A DNA stretch of 64,000 bases from positions 23,531 through 87,530 of the forward strand of contig JANLWX010000231.1 in NCBI GenBank assembly GCA_031364845.1. Direction: 5' to 3'. Of this stretch, positions 10,165-19,560 are shown piece by piece. The stretch's first letter is position 1. Each line of letters starts with the position of its first letter. Source of the DNA: Candidatus Eiseniibacteriota bacterium. Lineage in GTDB: Bacteria > Eisenbacteria > RBG-16-71-46. A model generated the notes under the pieces. That model made no database searches and was not told where the DNA came from. It worked only from the letters and a program-made list of their open reading frames with translations. The position numbers and the translations under genes are program-made.

Positions 10165-12047
10165 GTGTACTGGCGTTGGGCGATCTGGACCCAGTCGAGC
10201 ACGCGGCGCGCGATCCCCGACGCATCGAGCCCGGCCTGTTCGAGCAGTTCGTCGCGCTTGCCGTGGAGCATGAACTGCTCCGGCATCGCGATGCGATGGA
10301 GCGGCGTGCCCGACAGTCCGTTGCGGTCGAGGCATTCGCTGACCGCACTGCCGAAGCCGCCCATCGGCACGTTCTCTTCGATCGTGACGATGCGCCCGAC
10401 GGATTTCGCGAGACCGATGATCGCCTTCTCATCGAGCGGGGCCACGAAGCGCGCATCCACCACGGTCGCGGAGATGCCGTCGTGGTCGAGCATCTCGGCG
10501 GCCTTGAGAGCCGGCAGCACCATGGTGCCGATCGCGAAGATCGCGACATCGCCTCCGGCGCGCAGCTGTTCCGACACGCCGATCGCGAGCTGCTTCGGCG
10601 CGCGCTTGGGAAGTTCGTCCTCGGGAATGTTGGCGCGCGGGAACCGCACCGCGACCGGACCGTCGTAGCGGATGCCGGTCCACAGCATGTCGCGCAGTTC
10701 CTCGCCATTGCGCGGCGCCATCACGACCACGCCGGGGATCATTCGCAGAAAACCGAGATCGAAGCATCCGTGCTGCGGCGCACCGTCTTCGCCGACGATG
10801 CCGGCACGGTCGACGGCGAGCAGCATGTGCAGGTCCTGGACCGCGACGTCGTGAATGATCTGATCGAACGATCGCTGGAGGAACGTCGAGTAGATGGCGG
10901 TGATCGGTCGCATGCCGCCGGCCGCGAGTCCGGCCGAATACGTGACGGCGTGCTCCTCGGCCATGCCGACGTCGAAGAAGCGCTCGGGGAACTGCTTCGA
11001 GAACGGCTTGAGCCCGGTGTTGTCGGTCATCGCCGCGGTCACCGCGACGACCTCGGGAATCTTCTTCGCGATCTCGAGTGCGGTTTCGCCGAACACGTGC
11101 GTGTAGGTCTTGCGCGCGCTCTTCGAAGTCGTGCCCGTTTCGGGGTCGAACACGCCGATGCCGTGGAAGGTGGTCGCATCGCCTTCGGCCGGCTTGTAGC
11201 CCTTGCCCTTGCGGGTCACGACGTGCAGCAGTGTCGGTCCTTCGAAACGCTTGAGGTCGCTCAGCGTCTCCTCGAGCACGTCGAAGTCGTGGCCGTCGAT
11301 CGGACCGAAGTACTTGAGCCCGAGTTCTTCGAACAGGATGCCGGGCACCACGAGATTCTGGAGCCCTTCCTTGACGCGCCGGGCACCTTCGCGCGCCCGC
11401 AGCGCCTTCGGCAGCTTGCCCAGCAAGTCGTAGACGTCGGACTCGAAGCGGCGGTAGATGCGGCTCGTCGTCAGCTTGGTGAGATAGCGGTGGATCGCGC
11501 CGATGTTGGGCGAAATGCTCATCTCGTTGTCGTTCAGGATCACGATCATCCGTTTGCCGAGCTCACCGACGTTGTTGAGCCCTTCGAACGCCATGCCTCC
11601 GGTGAGCGCTCCGTCGCCGATCACCGCGATCACATGGTGATTCTCGCCCTTCAGATCGCGCGCGACGGCCAATCCGAGCCCGGCGGAGATCGAGGTGCTG
11701 CCGTGGCAGGTGCCGAACGGATCGTGCTCGCTCTCCTGGCGCCGCGGATAGCCGGCGATGCCGCCGAGCGTGCGCAGGGTGTCGAACTGCTCGTAGCGTC
11801 CGGTGACGAGCTTGTGCGGATACGACTGGTGCCCGACGTCCCAGATGATGCGGTCGGTCGGCGAGTCGAAGACGCGGTGAAGCGCCAGCGTCAGTTCGAT
11901 CACCCCGAGATTGGGAGCCAGATGCCCGGCGCGGCGCGCCACGGTCTGGATGATCACGTGGCGCATCTCGACCGCGAGCGCTTCGAGCTCGGGCCGCGTG
12001 AGCGCCTTGACGTCGGCGGGCGAATGAATCCGTTCGAGCAGGGTCAT
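10161..12047 (-). CDS. dxs: 1-deoxy-D-xylulose-5-phosphate synthase
   Basis: Track ORF 628 aa. TPP-binding motif GDGALTGGMAFEGLNN is present, with transketolase-like domains throughout. Confidence 0.95.
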   Translation of the reverse strand: MTLLERIHSPADVKALTRPELEALAVEMRHVIIQTVARRAGHLAPNLGVIELTLALHRVFDSPTDRIIWDVGHQSYPHKLVTGRYEQFDTLRTLGGIAGYPRRQESEHDPFGTCHGSTSISAGLGLAVARDLKGENHHVIAVIGDGALTGGMAFEGLNNVGELGKRMIVILNDNEMSISPNIGAIHRYLTKLTTSRIYRRFESDVYDLLGKLPKALRAREGARRVKEGLQNLVVPGILFEELGLKYFGPIDGHDFDVLEETLSDLKRFEGPTLLHVVTRKGKGYKPAEGDATTFHGIGVFDPETGTTSKSARKTYTHVFGETALEIAKKIPEVVAVTAAMTDNTGLKPFSKQFPERFFDVGMAEEHAVTYSAGLAAGGMRPITAIYSTFLQRSFDQIIHDVAVQDLHMLLAVDRAGIVGEDGAPQHGCFDLGFLRMIPGVVVMAPRNGEELRDMLWTGIRYDGPVAVRFPRANIPEDELPKRAPKQLAIGVSEQLRAGGDVAIFAIGTMVLPALKAAEMLDHDGISATVVDARFVAPLDEKAIIGLAKSVGRIVTIEENVPMGGFGSAVSECLDRNGLSGTPLHRIAMPEQFMLHGKRDELLEQAGLDASGIARRVLDWVQIAQRQYT

Positions 12048-12505
12048 TAGAAGATCCAGTGCCAGAATACGGCGGTCAGGACGCCCAGCACCGCCCCGAC
12101 GAATACTTCGAGGGGGGTGTGCCCCAGTAGCTCCATGAGTTTCTGCGCGCCGACTTCGGGATGCTTGAAATGTTCGTCGATCAGGCGGTTCAGAATCTTC
12201 GCCTGCCGGCCTGCGGCACGTCGTAAGCCCGCAGCATCATACATAACGATCAGGCTGAAATACAGAGTGGCCGCGAACACCGGCGAGCGGAAACCTTCCT
12301 GGATTCCGAGCGAAGTCGACAGTGCGGCGACCGAAGCGGCATGCGAACTCGGCATGCCGCCGGTTTCGACGAAACGCCGCAGATTCCACCGGCGTGTCAG
12401 GAAATAGACCAGGAATCCCTTGAAGCCCTGAACGGCGAACCCGACCCCCAGCGCGAGCCAGAAGGCGATATTCGGAAGAATGTGGAATTCAGAGTTCGTG
12501 GCCAT
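12047..12505 (-). CDS. divergent PAP2 (DUF212/acid-phosphatase-like) membrane protein
   Basis: Track ORF 152 aa with motif GGMPSSHAA, which is typical of the DUF212 family, and a hydrophobic profile. It overlaps the dxs start by 1 nt. Confidence 0.7.
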   Translation of the reverse strand: MATNSEFHILPNIAFWLALGVGFAVQGFKGFLVYFLTRRWNLRRFVETGGMPSSHAASVAALSTSLGIQEGFRSPVFAATLYFSLIVMYDAAGLRRAAGRQAKILNRLIDEHFKHPEVGAQKLMELLGHTPLEVFVGAVLGVLTAVFWHWIF

Positions 12506-12559
12506 TGTCGTGGGTTTATCGGCGCGCGACGGCGGCAGCGTGGGCGATTTCGCAGGGCA

Positions 12560-13525
12560 TCATCGCTCCCGCTCGGCGACGGTCAGCATCAAGCCGGCGA
12601 GCTTATGGGCACTGGGGCCGAATCCGGTGACGCGACCCACGGCGGCCTGAAACAGCCGCGCGGCATCGAAGCGCGCGCGCTCCTCGCCCACCGCCCGCGG
12701 GTAAGTCGCCTTGCCCCGGGCATCGTCGGTCCCGGTGCGCTTGCCGAGCCGCGCGAGCGTGGAGACCCGGTTCAGGAGATCGTCATGGATCTGAAACGCG
12801 AGACCCAGCTCGTGGCCGCACACTTCCAGCGTTCGCAAGGCCGCGGCGTCGGCGTCGGCCGCGATTCCGCCCAGCACCAGCGACGCGGCTACCAGCGCGC
12901 CGGTCTTGCGCCGGTGGATGTCGCGGACCTGAGCGCCCGTCACGCGGCGGCGCTCGGCCTCGATGTCGAGCACCTGCCCGCCCACGAGCTCCCGGCTGCC
13001 GGCCGCGCGCGCGAGCACCTGCACCGCCTCGACCACGCGTACTGCCGGCACACCCTGGTCGGCGAGCCGCGCGACGTGTTCGAACGCGAGTGCCAGCAGC
13101 GCATCGCCGGCAAGCACGCCGAGCGCTTCTCCGTACTTCTTGTGCGTGGTGAGCCGGCCGCGGCGATAGTCGTCGTCGTCCATCGCGGGCAGATCGTCGT
13201 GGACCAGCGAGAACGCGTGCACGCACTCAACCGCGACGGCGGCAGGCAGCGCCCGCTGCCAGCGCCCGCCCGCGGCCTCGCACGCCGCGAGCACCAGCAG
13301 CGGACGCATGCGTTTGCCGGGCGACAGCGCGCTGTAACGCACCGCCGCATGGAGCCGTGGCGGCGAGAGCGTCGCCGCCGGCAGCGCGGCGGCGAAATAC
13401 CGCTCGAACTCTGCGCGCATGCGGTCGATCCCGGCCGGCAACGGTGCGTTCGCGGCGCGCGACACGGCCGAAGCTCCGGAGGGAACGCGACGGCGCACGC
13501 GCCGGATGGGAGTCGCGACGCTCAA
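12560..13525 (-). CDS. ispA: (2E,6E)-farnesyl/geranyl diphosphate synthase (polyprenyl synthetase)
   Basis: Track ORF 321 aa. It has FARM (LVHDDLPAMDDDDYRRG) and SARM (FQIHDDLLN) motifs. The start is either 13525 (ATGA overlap with xseB) or the internal ATG at 13418-13420 (MRAEFERYF...). The classical xseB-ispA-dxs synteny is present. Confidence 0.85.
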   Translation of the reverse strand: MSVATPIRRVRRRVPSGASAVSRAANAPLPAGIDRMRAEFERYFAAALPAATLSPPRLHAAVRYSALSPGKRMRPLLVLAACEAAGGRWQRALPAAVAVECVHAFSLVHDDLPAMDDDDYRRGRLTTHKKYGEALGVLAGDALLALAFEHVARLADQGVPAVRVVEAVQVLARAAGSRELVGGQVLDIEAERRRVTGAQVRDIHRRKTGALVAASLVLGGIAADADAAALRTLEVCGHELGLAFQIHDDLLNRVSTLARLGKRTGTDDARGKATYPRAVGEERARFDAARLFQAAVGRVTGFGPSAHKLAGLMLTVAERER

Positions 13526-13833
13526 AACGGCAGCTCGCCCTCGGGCGGCTCGTTCGCCTGCGAGTCGAATTCCATCGGCTGCGTGACCGGAGCCGAATCT
13601 TCGTCGCCCGATTCGATCAGCCGCTCGATGCGCTTCTCGGCTTCGTCGAGCTGATGCGTGAGGCGCTTCGACAGCTTCATGCCTTCTTCATAGCGCTCGA
13701 TCGACTCGTCCAGCGTCAGCTCTCCCCGCTCGAGTTCATCGACGATCGTGCGCAGTCGCTCGAGCGCGGCCTCGAAGCTGAGATTGGGGCCGCCGGTCGT
13801 CGCGTCCGGTACTGCGGGCTTCCTAGCGGGCAT
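13522..13833 (-). CDS. xseB: exodeoxyribonuclease VII small subunit
   Basis: Track ORF 103 aa containing FEAALERLRTIVDELERGELTLDESIERYEEGMKLSKRL, a typical XseB sequence. Confidence 0.85.
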   Translation of the reverse strand: MPARKPAVPDATTGGPNLSFEAALERLRTIVDELERGELTLDESIERYEEGMKLSKRLTHQLDEAEKRIERLIESGDEDSAPVTQPMEFDSQANEPPEGELPF

Positions 13834-15193
13834 CAGGTCCTCCGGATCGCACCGTCTCGATGCGGGCGTCGGCTTCTCCGCGCGCGAACTCGATCGTCAC
13901 GCGCTCACCCACGGTCAGCGTCTCGACGGTGCGCAGCACACTACCGTCGGCGCCCCGCGCCAGGCAATAGCCGCGCTCGAGCACGAGGCGCGGGGACAGC
14001 GCGCGCAGCTGGTCCACGCACGACGTCACCTGGCGACGGCGGTCGTGCAGTGCCCGGACCAGCGCCGGTGCCAGGGCGGCTTCGAGCTCGCGGGGTTCGT
14101 CGCTGAGCGCGGCCAGCGTGCGCGGCCACTCGCGCAGCGCGTAGCTCGCGGCGAGATGCTCGATCGACTGGCGGACGCTCCCCAGGCGGGAGCGCAGTGC
14201 GAAGCGCATGCGCAGCGTCGACTCGCCGACCGTCGTATGCCAGCCCTCGAACAGCTGCTGCAGGCGCTGGAAGCCGTATTTCTGCGTGAGGTGCATGAGC
14301 GCCTGGCGCCGCGATTCGAGCCGGCGTTCGAGCGCGCGACGGCTGCGCCACGTGAGGTGCCCGAGATCCTCGAGCAGTTTTACCCGCTCGCACACCACGA
14401 GCTCCGCGGCGTTGGACGGTGTGGCGGCCCGCACGTCGGCCGCGGCGTCGGCGAGCGTCCAGTCCACTTCGTGTCCGACCGCCGAGACGATCGGGATCGC
14501 GGAGCCCGCGATCGCACGCACCACGACTTCCTCGTTGAATGCCCACAGATCCTCGATCGAGCCGCCGCCGCGTCCGACAATCAGGACATCGACCGCCCCG
14601 TGGCGATTGAAACGCCGGATCGCATCGGCAATCTCGAGTGCGGCACCCGGTCCCTGCACGCGCACCGGCGCGAACACGACCGCGATGCCGGGCATGCGCC
14701 CGCGCAGCACCTTCACGATGTCGCGGATCGCGGCCCCGACCGGCGAAGTCACCACTCCGATCCGCCGCGGGTAGCGCGGCAGTGGACGCTTGCGCGCGGG
14801 ATCGAACAGGCCTTCGGCGGTGAGGCGCTGCTTCAGCTGTTCGAGCTGCAGCAGCAATGCTCCGAGGCCGGCCGGGCGCATCTGCTTGACGGAGAACTGG
14901 TAGTTGCCGCGCGGCTCGTAGACCGTGATGTCGCCGAACGCTTCGATCTCGAGGCCTTCCTTCGGCTCGAATCCGAGTCCGCTCGCGGTGCGCGACCACA
15001 TCACGCAGTCGAGTGCCGCGTCCTTGCCGTCCTTGAGCTTGAAGTAGAGATGCCCGCTGTCGGCGCGCTTGAAACCCGACAGCTCGCCCTTGACCCACAC
15101 GCCGGTGAATTGCTCGGCGAGCGCCTCCTTGATGGCGCGCGTCAGCTCGAGGACCGAAAGGACCCGGTCGTTCCCGGCCGGTGCGAGGCTCAT
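13823..15193 (-). CDS. xseA: exodeoxyribonuclease VII large subunit
   Basis: This is the 3' part of track ORF 13823..16708. I chose the internal ATG (MSLAPAGNDRVLSVLELTRAIKE...), which overlaps the ymdB-folD stop as ATGA. It has an OB-fold N-domain and the XseA catalytic region. Confidence 0.85.
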   Translation of the reverse strand: MSLAPAGNDRVLSVLELTRAIKEALAEQFTGVWVKGELSGFKRADSGHLYFKLKDGKDAALDCVMWSRTASGLGFEPKEGLEIEAFGDITVYEPRGNYQFSVKQMRPAGLGALLLQLEQLKQRLTAEGLFDPARKRPLPRYPRRIGVVTSPVGAAIRDIVKVLRGRMPGIAVVFAPVRVQGPGAALEIADAIRRFNRHGAVDVLIVGRGGGSIEDLWAFNEEVVVRAIAGSAIPIVSAVGHEVDWTLADAAADVRAATPSNAAELVVCERVKLLEDLGHLTWRSRRALERRLESRRQALMHLTQKYGFQRLQQLFEGWHTTVGESTLRMRFALRSRLGSVRQSIEHLAASYALREWPRTLAALSDEPRELEAALAPALVRALHDRRRQVTSCVDQLRALSPRLVLERGYCLARGADGSVLRTVETLTVGERVTIEFARGEADARIETVRSGGPDAR

Positions 15194-16887
15194 CGCGCGG
15201 CTTCTTCTCCGATGGTCTGGCGCGCGGCGGCGAGCACGAGGTTCGACACCACCATCGCCACCGTCATCGGACCCACACCACCCGGAACCGGCGTCAGCGC
15301 ACCCGCAACCTCGATCACCGACTCCGCGTGCACATCGCCGCAGAGTCGTGAGCCGCTGCGCTTTTCGGGAGCGGCGACGCGATGCACACCGACGTCGACG
15401 ACCGTCGCACCCGGCTTCACCCACTCGGCGGTGACCGCTTCGGGCCGGCCCATCGCGACCACCAGCAGATCCGCCTCGCGCGCGAGACGCTGGAGCGCGG
15501 GCCCGCTCGCGCTGTGACCGATCGTCACCGTCGCATCGACGCCTTTGGTCGAGAGCAGCGTCGCGACCGGGCGCCCGACGATCGAGCTGCGCCCCAACAC
15601 GACCGCGTGGGTGCCCGCGAGCGGCACCTGATGAAAGCGCAGCAGCTCGAGAATGCCGCGCGGTGTGCACGGCACGAGTGACGGAAGTCCGAGGCTCAGG
15701 CGTCCGGCGTTCACCGGATGGAAGCCATCGACATCCTTGCCCGGGGGGATTGCATCCAGCACTTCGTCCGCGCGCGCGGGGGCGGCCAGCGGAAGCTGGA
15801 CGAGGATGCCGTGAACGTCCGGGTCGTCGCCGAGCTGGCGCACTTTCGCGACCACGGTACGCGTGTCGGTGCCGGCGGGCAGCGAGATGCGGCGGACCTC
15901 GATGCCCGCTTCCTTGCATGCGTCGTCCTTCTTGCGCATGTAGATCTGGGAGGCCGGATCGTCCCCGACCGAGACCAGCGCCAGGCACGGTTCGACGCCC
16001 CCCGCGCGCAGGCGCGACACTTCGATCTGCGCCGCGTAGCGCACGCTCGCGGCCGGATCGTCGCCGCGCAGCAGCCGCGCCTGCCCGGCGGGCGTCGCGT
16101 CGGGCGTGTAGCGCATCTGGATGCGCTCGATCGAGTGCGCCTTGCCGGTCGCGGGATCGACGCGGACCACGGCGCCGTTCAGGCGCAGGTCGCCATCCGA
16201 CGGCGACAGCCGCTCGTTCATGAGCGTCGTGAAACGTCGCAGTGCCGCGACGCGGTCCATGCCGATCACCGAATCGAAGCCGCCCGTCATGCCGGCGTCG
16301 GTCAGGTACGCGGTGCCTTTGGGCAGCACGCGCTCGTCCGCTGTCTGCACGTGCGTATGCGTGCCGAACAGCGCGCTCACGCGGCCGTCGAGGTTCCAGC
16401 CCATGGCGACCTTCTCGGCGGTGGTCTCGGCGTGGAAATCGAGCACGATGATCTTCGCCTGATCGCGCAGCGCTTCGAGCGTGCGCTCGATCGAGGCGAA
16501 CGGCGAATCGATCTCCTTCATGAACACGCGGCCGAGCATGCTGATCACGGCGACCGGCGTGCCGTCCTGCGCGCGGAACACGCCAAAGCCCTGCCCCGGC
16601 GTCGTGGCCGGCATGTTGGCGGGCCGCACCAGTCGCGGTTCCTCGGCGAGATAACCGTGGCTCTCCTTCTTGTCCCACAGATGATTGCCGCCGGTGAGCA
16701 CATCGCATCCGGCCGCGAACAGTTCCGCCGCGCCGTCACGCGTGACACCGAACCCGCCCGCCGAGTTCTCGGCGTTGCAGATCACGAGACCGATTTCGTG
16801 GCGCCGGCGCAGCTCGGGCAGCAGCGCTTTCACCACCTTGCGGCCGGGTGAACCCACGACATCGGCGATGAACAGGATGTTGAGCAA
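15190..16887 (-). CDS. in-frame fusion of YmdB-like metallophosphoesterase (2',3'-cNMP phosphodiesterase family, TIGR00282) and bifunctional methylene-THF dehydrogenase/methenyl-THF cyclohydrolase FolD
   Basis: Track ORF 15190..17553 is continuous. The upstream part is Arg-rich junk. The likely start is the TTG at 16885-16887, preceded by AGGAGtccgg, giving MLNILFIADVVGSPG, which closely matches the B. subtilis YmdB N-terminus. The YmdB-like domain is ~265 aa and ends at ...GKAHSIERIQ. It continues without a stop into MRYTPDATPAGQARLLRGDDPAAS...LVSVGDDPASQIYMRKK...VDGFHPVNAGRL...PCTPRGI...TPVPGGVGPMTVA, which is FolD. Confidence 0.75.
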   Translation of the reverse strand: MLNILFIADVVGSPGRKVVKALLPELRRRHEIGLVICNAENSAGGFGVTRDGAAELFAAGCDVLTGGNHLWDKKESHGYLAEEPRLVRPANMPATTPGQGFGVFRAQDGTPVAVISMLGRVFMKEIDSPFASIERTLEALRDQAKIIVLDFHAETTAEKVAMGWNLDGRVSALFGTHTHVQTADERVLPKGTAYLTDAGMTGGFDSVIGMDRVAALRRFTTLMNERLSPSDGDLRLNGAVVRVDPATGKAHSIERIQMRYTPDATPAGQARLLRGDDPAASVRYAAQIEVSRLRAGGVEPCLALVSVGDDPASQIYMRKKDDACKEAGIEVRRISLPAGTDTRTVVAKVRQLGDDPDVHGILVQLPLAAPARADEVLDAIPPGKDVDGFHPVNAGRLSLGLPSLVPCTPRGILELLRFHQVPLAGTHAVVLGRSSIVGRPVATLLSTKGVDATVTIGHSASGPALQRLAREADLLVVAMGRPEAVTAEWVKPGATVVDVGVHRVAAPEKRSGSRLCGDVHAESVIEVAGALTPVPGGVGPMTVAMVVSNLVLAAARQTIGEEAAR

Positions 16888-16907
16888 CCGGACTCCTCGT
16901 GGTTTCG

Positions 16908-18470
16908 CTACTTGGCGTAGTCGACCGCGCGCGTCTCGCGGATCACGGTGACGCGGATCTGGCCGGGATATTCGAGTTCCTTCTCGATGCGGCGCGCGAT
17001 GTCGCCCGCGAGGCCCTGCGCGCGGGCGTCGTCGACCTTGCTGTGCTCGACCATGATGCGCACTTCGCGGCCGGCCTGGATCGCATAGGACTTCTCGACG
17101 CCGGCGAACGCGTTGGCGATCTTCTCGAGCGCTTCGAGCCGCTTGATGTAGATCTCGAGGCTCTCGCGCCGCGCCCCCGGTCGCGCCCCGGACATCGCGT
17201 CGGCCGCCGACACCAGCACCGGCCACAGGCTGCCACCCGCGTAGTCGTCGTGGTGGTATCCGATCGCTTCCAGCACCGGTTGCGGTTCGCCGTAGCGCGT
17301 GGCGACTTCCATCCCGAGCGCGGGATGGCTGCCTTCGTGGTCGTGGTCGATCGCCTTGCCGATGTCGTGCATCAACCCCGCGCGCTTCGCGGTTTTCTGA
17401 TCCATGCCGATCTCCGCCGCCATCATGCCGGCGAGGTGCGCGACTTCGATCGAGTGGTTGAGGATGTTCTGCCCGTAGGAGGTGCGGTAGTGGAGCCGGC
17501 CGAGCAGGTAGACGAGTTCGGCGTGCATGCCGTGAACGCCGATCTCGAGGCACGCGGCCTCGCCGAACTCCCGGATCTTGCCTTCGACCTCGGTCTTCAC
17601 CTTGGCGACCACTTCCTCGATCCGCGCCGGATGGATGCGTCCGTCGGCGACCAGCCGCTCGAGCGCGATGCGCGCGATCTCGCGGCGAACCGGATCGAAG
17701 CCCGACAGGATCACGGCCTCGGGCGTGTCGTCGATGATCACGTCGATCCCGGTCACGATCTCGAACGAGCGGATGTTGCGGCCTTCGCGCCCGATGATGC
17801 GCCCCTTCATCTCGTCGCTCGGCAGGTGGACGACCGAGACCGAAGAGTCCGAGACGTGATCGGCGGCGTAACGCTGCATCGCGAGAACGATGATCTTGCG
17901 CGCCTCGCGTTCGCCGTTGCGCTGGGCGTTGTCGCGGATCTCGGTCGTGCGGCGCGCGGCCTCCGAGCGGGCTTCTGCCTCGATCGAGGAGATCAGCTGC
18001 AGTCGCGCGTCCTCGGCGGTGAGTCCGGCGATGCGCTCGAGCCGGCTGCGCTGCTCCTGGACCACCTGATCGAGTTCCTGCGTGCGCGAGGTGACCGCGG
18101 TTTCGCGCTGTGAGAGATCGTGCTCGGAACGTTTGAGATCGCGGTCCTTCTTCTCGATCACCTCGACGCGCCGGCTGAAGGCGACTTCCTTCTCCTGAAA
18201 CGCGCGCTCGGCCGCGAGCTGGTTGTTGCGTGCTTCGAGCATCTCGCGTTCGAGCTGCTGCTTGAGCCGCAGCGCCTCCTCGCGGCTCTCGAGCACGGCG
18301 TTGCGCTTGAGCGCCTCGGCCTCGCGCTGGGCCTCTTCGGTGAGCGAGACCGCGCGGCGTTCTGCGCCCAGCACCTGCGAGCGGCCGAGCTGGGCGCGAA
18401 GGAAGAAGCCGATCACAAACGACACGACGGCACCGAGGACGATGCCGCCGATCAGGGTCACGTCAGACAT
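16908..18470 (-). CDS. rny: ribonuclease Y
   Basis: Track ORF 520 aa with an N-terminal TM helix, coiled coil, KH domain ([13 protein letters not shown]) and HD domain ([15 protein letters not shown]...MHDIGK). The rny-ymdB adjacency matches that in Firmicutes. Confidence 0.9.
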   Translation of the reverse strand: MSDVTLIGGIVLGAVVSFVIGFFLRAQLGRSQVLGAERRAVSLTEEAQREAEALKRNAVLESREEALRLKQQLEREMLEARNNQLAAERAFQEKEVAFSRRVEVIEKKDRDLKRSEHDLSQRETAVTSRTQELDQVVQEQRSRLERIAGLTAEDARLQLISSIEAEARSEAARRTTEIRDNAQRNGEREARKIIVLAMQRYAADHVSDSSVSVVHLPSDEMKGRIIGREGRNIRSFEIVTGIDVIIDDTPEAVILSGFDPVRREIARIALERLVADGRIHPARIEEVVAKVKTEVEGKIREFGEAACLEIGVHGMHAELVYLLGRLHYRTSYGQNILNHSIEVAHLAGMMAAEIGMDQKTAKRAGLMHDIGKAIDHDHEGSHPALGMEVATRYGEPQPVLEAIGYHHDDYAGGSLWPVLVSAADAMSGARPGARRESLEIYIKRLEALEKIANAFAGVEKSYAIQAGREVRIMVEHSKVDDARAQGLAGDIARRIEKELEYPGQIRVTVIRETRAVDYAK

Positions 18471-18534
18471 TCATTCTCCCTGAGCATCCGCGTCCGGCGT
18501 TTGCGGCAACGCCGGGCGGCGGACGCCCGGGCAG

Positions 18535-18747
18535 GGAAAAATCCCCGCCAAATACCGTGTGCTTGTGGGGTTCTTGAGACCTGGCGAGCCAGGTGGGCGT
18601 CCCTACGACCGGGTCGGCACTCCCCGGATTCCGGCGCCATACCGAACGCGGAATGCCGGAGCACAACGTCGCCGGCCACCAGAACACCCAGAACGAAAGT
18701 ATTGGTTCAAGAACTCCGAGGCATCACGAGCACGGCAGGGAAAACGC
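18535..18747 (-). ncRNA. ssrS: candidate 6S RNA (ssrS)
   Basis: This ~210-nt transcript would lie on the minus strand in the 300-nt gap immediately downstream of zapA, which is the ssrS position in E. coli. The 5' UUUUCCCUGCC pairs with the 3' GGCGGGGAUUUUU as a closing stem. GUUCUUGA pairs with UCAAGAAC on either side of a large central unpaired region, and a GC-rich terminal stem (GGUGG...CCACC) follows. A UUGAACCAA segment resembling E. coli 6S is present. Confidence 0.5.
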
Positions 18748-18773
18748 TGCGGCCTCTGATTCCGTTCGCCGCC

Positions 18774-19085
18774 TTACTTTCCTGGCGCTCCTTCGAGCAC
18801 TTCGTCCAGGACGGCGGTGAGATGCGCCGTGCGCGTGCTGAGGTCGCGCAGATCGCGATCCTCGGTTTCGCGCCGTGCGCGCTCTTTGAACAGCTCGTCG
18901 GCAATATTGAGAGACGCGAGAATCGCCACTTTGGAGAGCGAGGCCACCGGCAGCTTTTCAGTGATCTCGCGCATCTTGCGGTCCACATACGCGGCGACCT
19001 CCAGGATGTACTCCTGGTTCGCTTCGCCGCGTATCGTGTACGAGTGGCCGAAGATCTCGACCTGAACGACGTTCTTGGCGAGCAT
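18774..19085 (-). CDS. zapA: cell division protein ZapA
   Basis: Track ORF 103 aa, MLAKNVVQVEIFGHSYTIRGEANQEYILEVAAYVDRKMREI..., matching the ZapA family pattern. Confidence 0.75.
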   Translation of the reverse strand: MLAKNVVQVEIFGHSYTIRGEANQEYILEVAAYVDRKMREITEKLPVASLSKVAILASLNIADELFKERARRETEDRDLRDLSTRTAHLTAVLDEVLEGAPGK

Positions 19086-19263
19086 GGCGCCTCCGTCTTT
19101 GCAGCATACTTCCCTGCGCTCTGATCCCGTTGAATTGAGGCCGCAGGCTGCTGAAAAACCCGATTGCTGCGTTGCTCGGTCGCTCCTCGCTTCGACGTAT
19201 CCTTCGGATACGCCTCGCTCGTCGCTTCCCTCGCGCCTTGCACTCGGCTTCTTCAGCAGCCTG

Positions 19264-19560
19264 CTAAGCTTCGAGCTTCTCGAGCTTCTTGAGCATCGAC
19301 TCGACGCGCGAAGCGACGTCTCGACGTTCGCTGTGCCAATCCTTCTGCTCGCGACGCAAGGTCCCGAGTTCCTGCAGCAGCGCCGCCACGTCCTGACCCT
19401 GAAGTCGCTGCTCCAATTCCGCGGACCGTTGCAAGAGCTCGTCGCGCTCCTGCGTGGCGCGCTGGGCTTCGTCGCGGAGCTTCTGTACCAGCTGGGCTGC
19501 CCTCTCGACCCGCTCGCTCAGCCGGTCGAGATCCGTCTGCATCAACGCGGTCTCGGTCAT
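19264..19560 (-). CDS. coiled-coil protein (ZapB-like cell division factor?)
   Basis: This is the 3' part of track ORF 19264..20049. The ATG at 19558-19560 overlaps the pheT stop as ATGA. The 98-aa product has pure heptad coiled-coil character (MTETALMQTDLDRLSERVERAAQLVQKLRDEAQRATQERDELLQRSAELEQRLQ...). Confidence 0.5.
   Translation of the reverse strand: MTETALMQTDLDRLSERVERAAQLVQKLRDEAQRATQERDELLQRSAELEQRLQGQDVAALLQELGTLRREQKDWHSERRDVASRVESMLKKLEKLEA

Noticed and set aside
12560-13525. Possibility that ispA is N-terminally fused to extra sequence
   Set aside because: The 35-aa extension before MRAEFERYF is Arg/Ser/Ala-rich and probably non-biological. It is kept only because the 13525 start would give the typical ATGA coupling with xseB. 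I flagged it as ambiguous rather than as a feature of interest.
13748-16708. Long ORFs antisense to or upstream-extending xseA, ymdB-folD and ispA (13748..15517 +, 13941..15098 -, 15718..16851 +, the 5' 500 codons of 13823..16708)
   Set aside because: Same GC-artefact composition (R/A/G/P-rich). The genuine genes are identified in other frames or as internal starts.
18559-18820. Plus-strand ORFs in the zapA-rny intergenic region
   Set aside because: The region is better explained as a structured 6S-like ncRNA on the minus strand. The ORFs lack RBS and have artefact composition.
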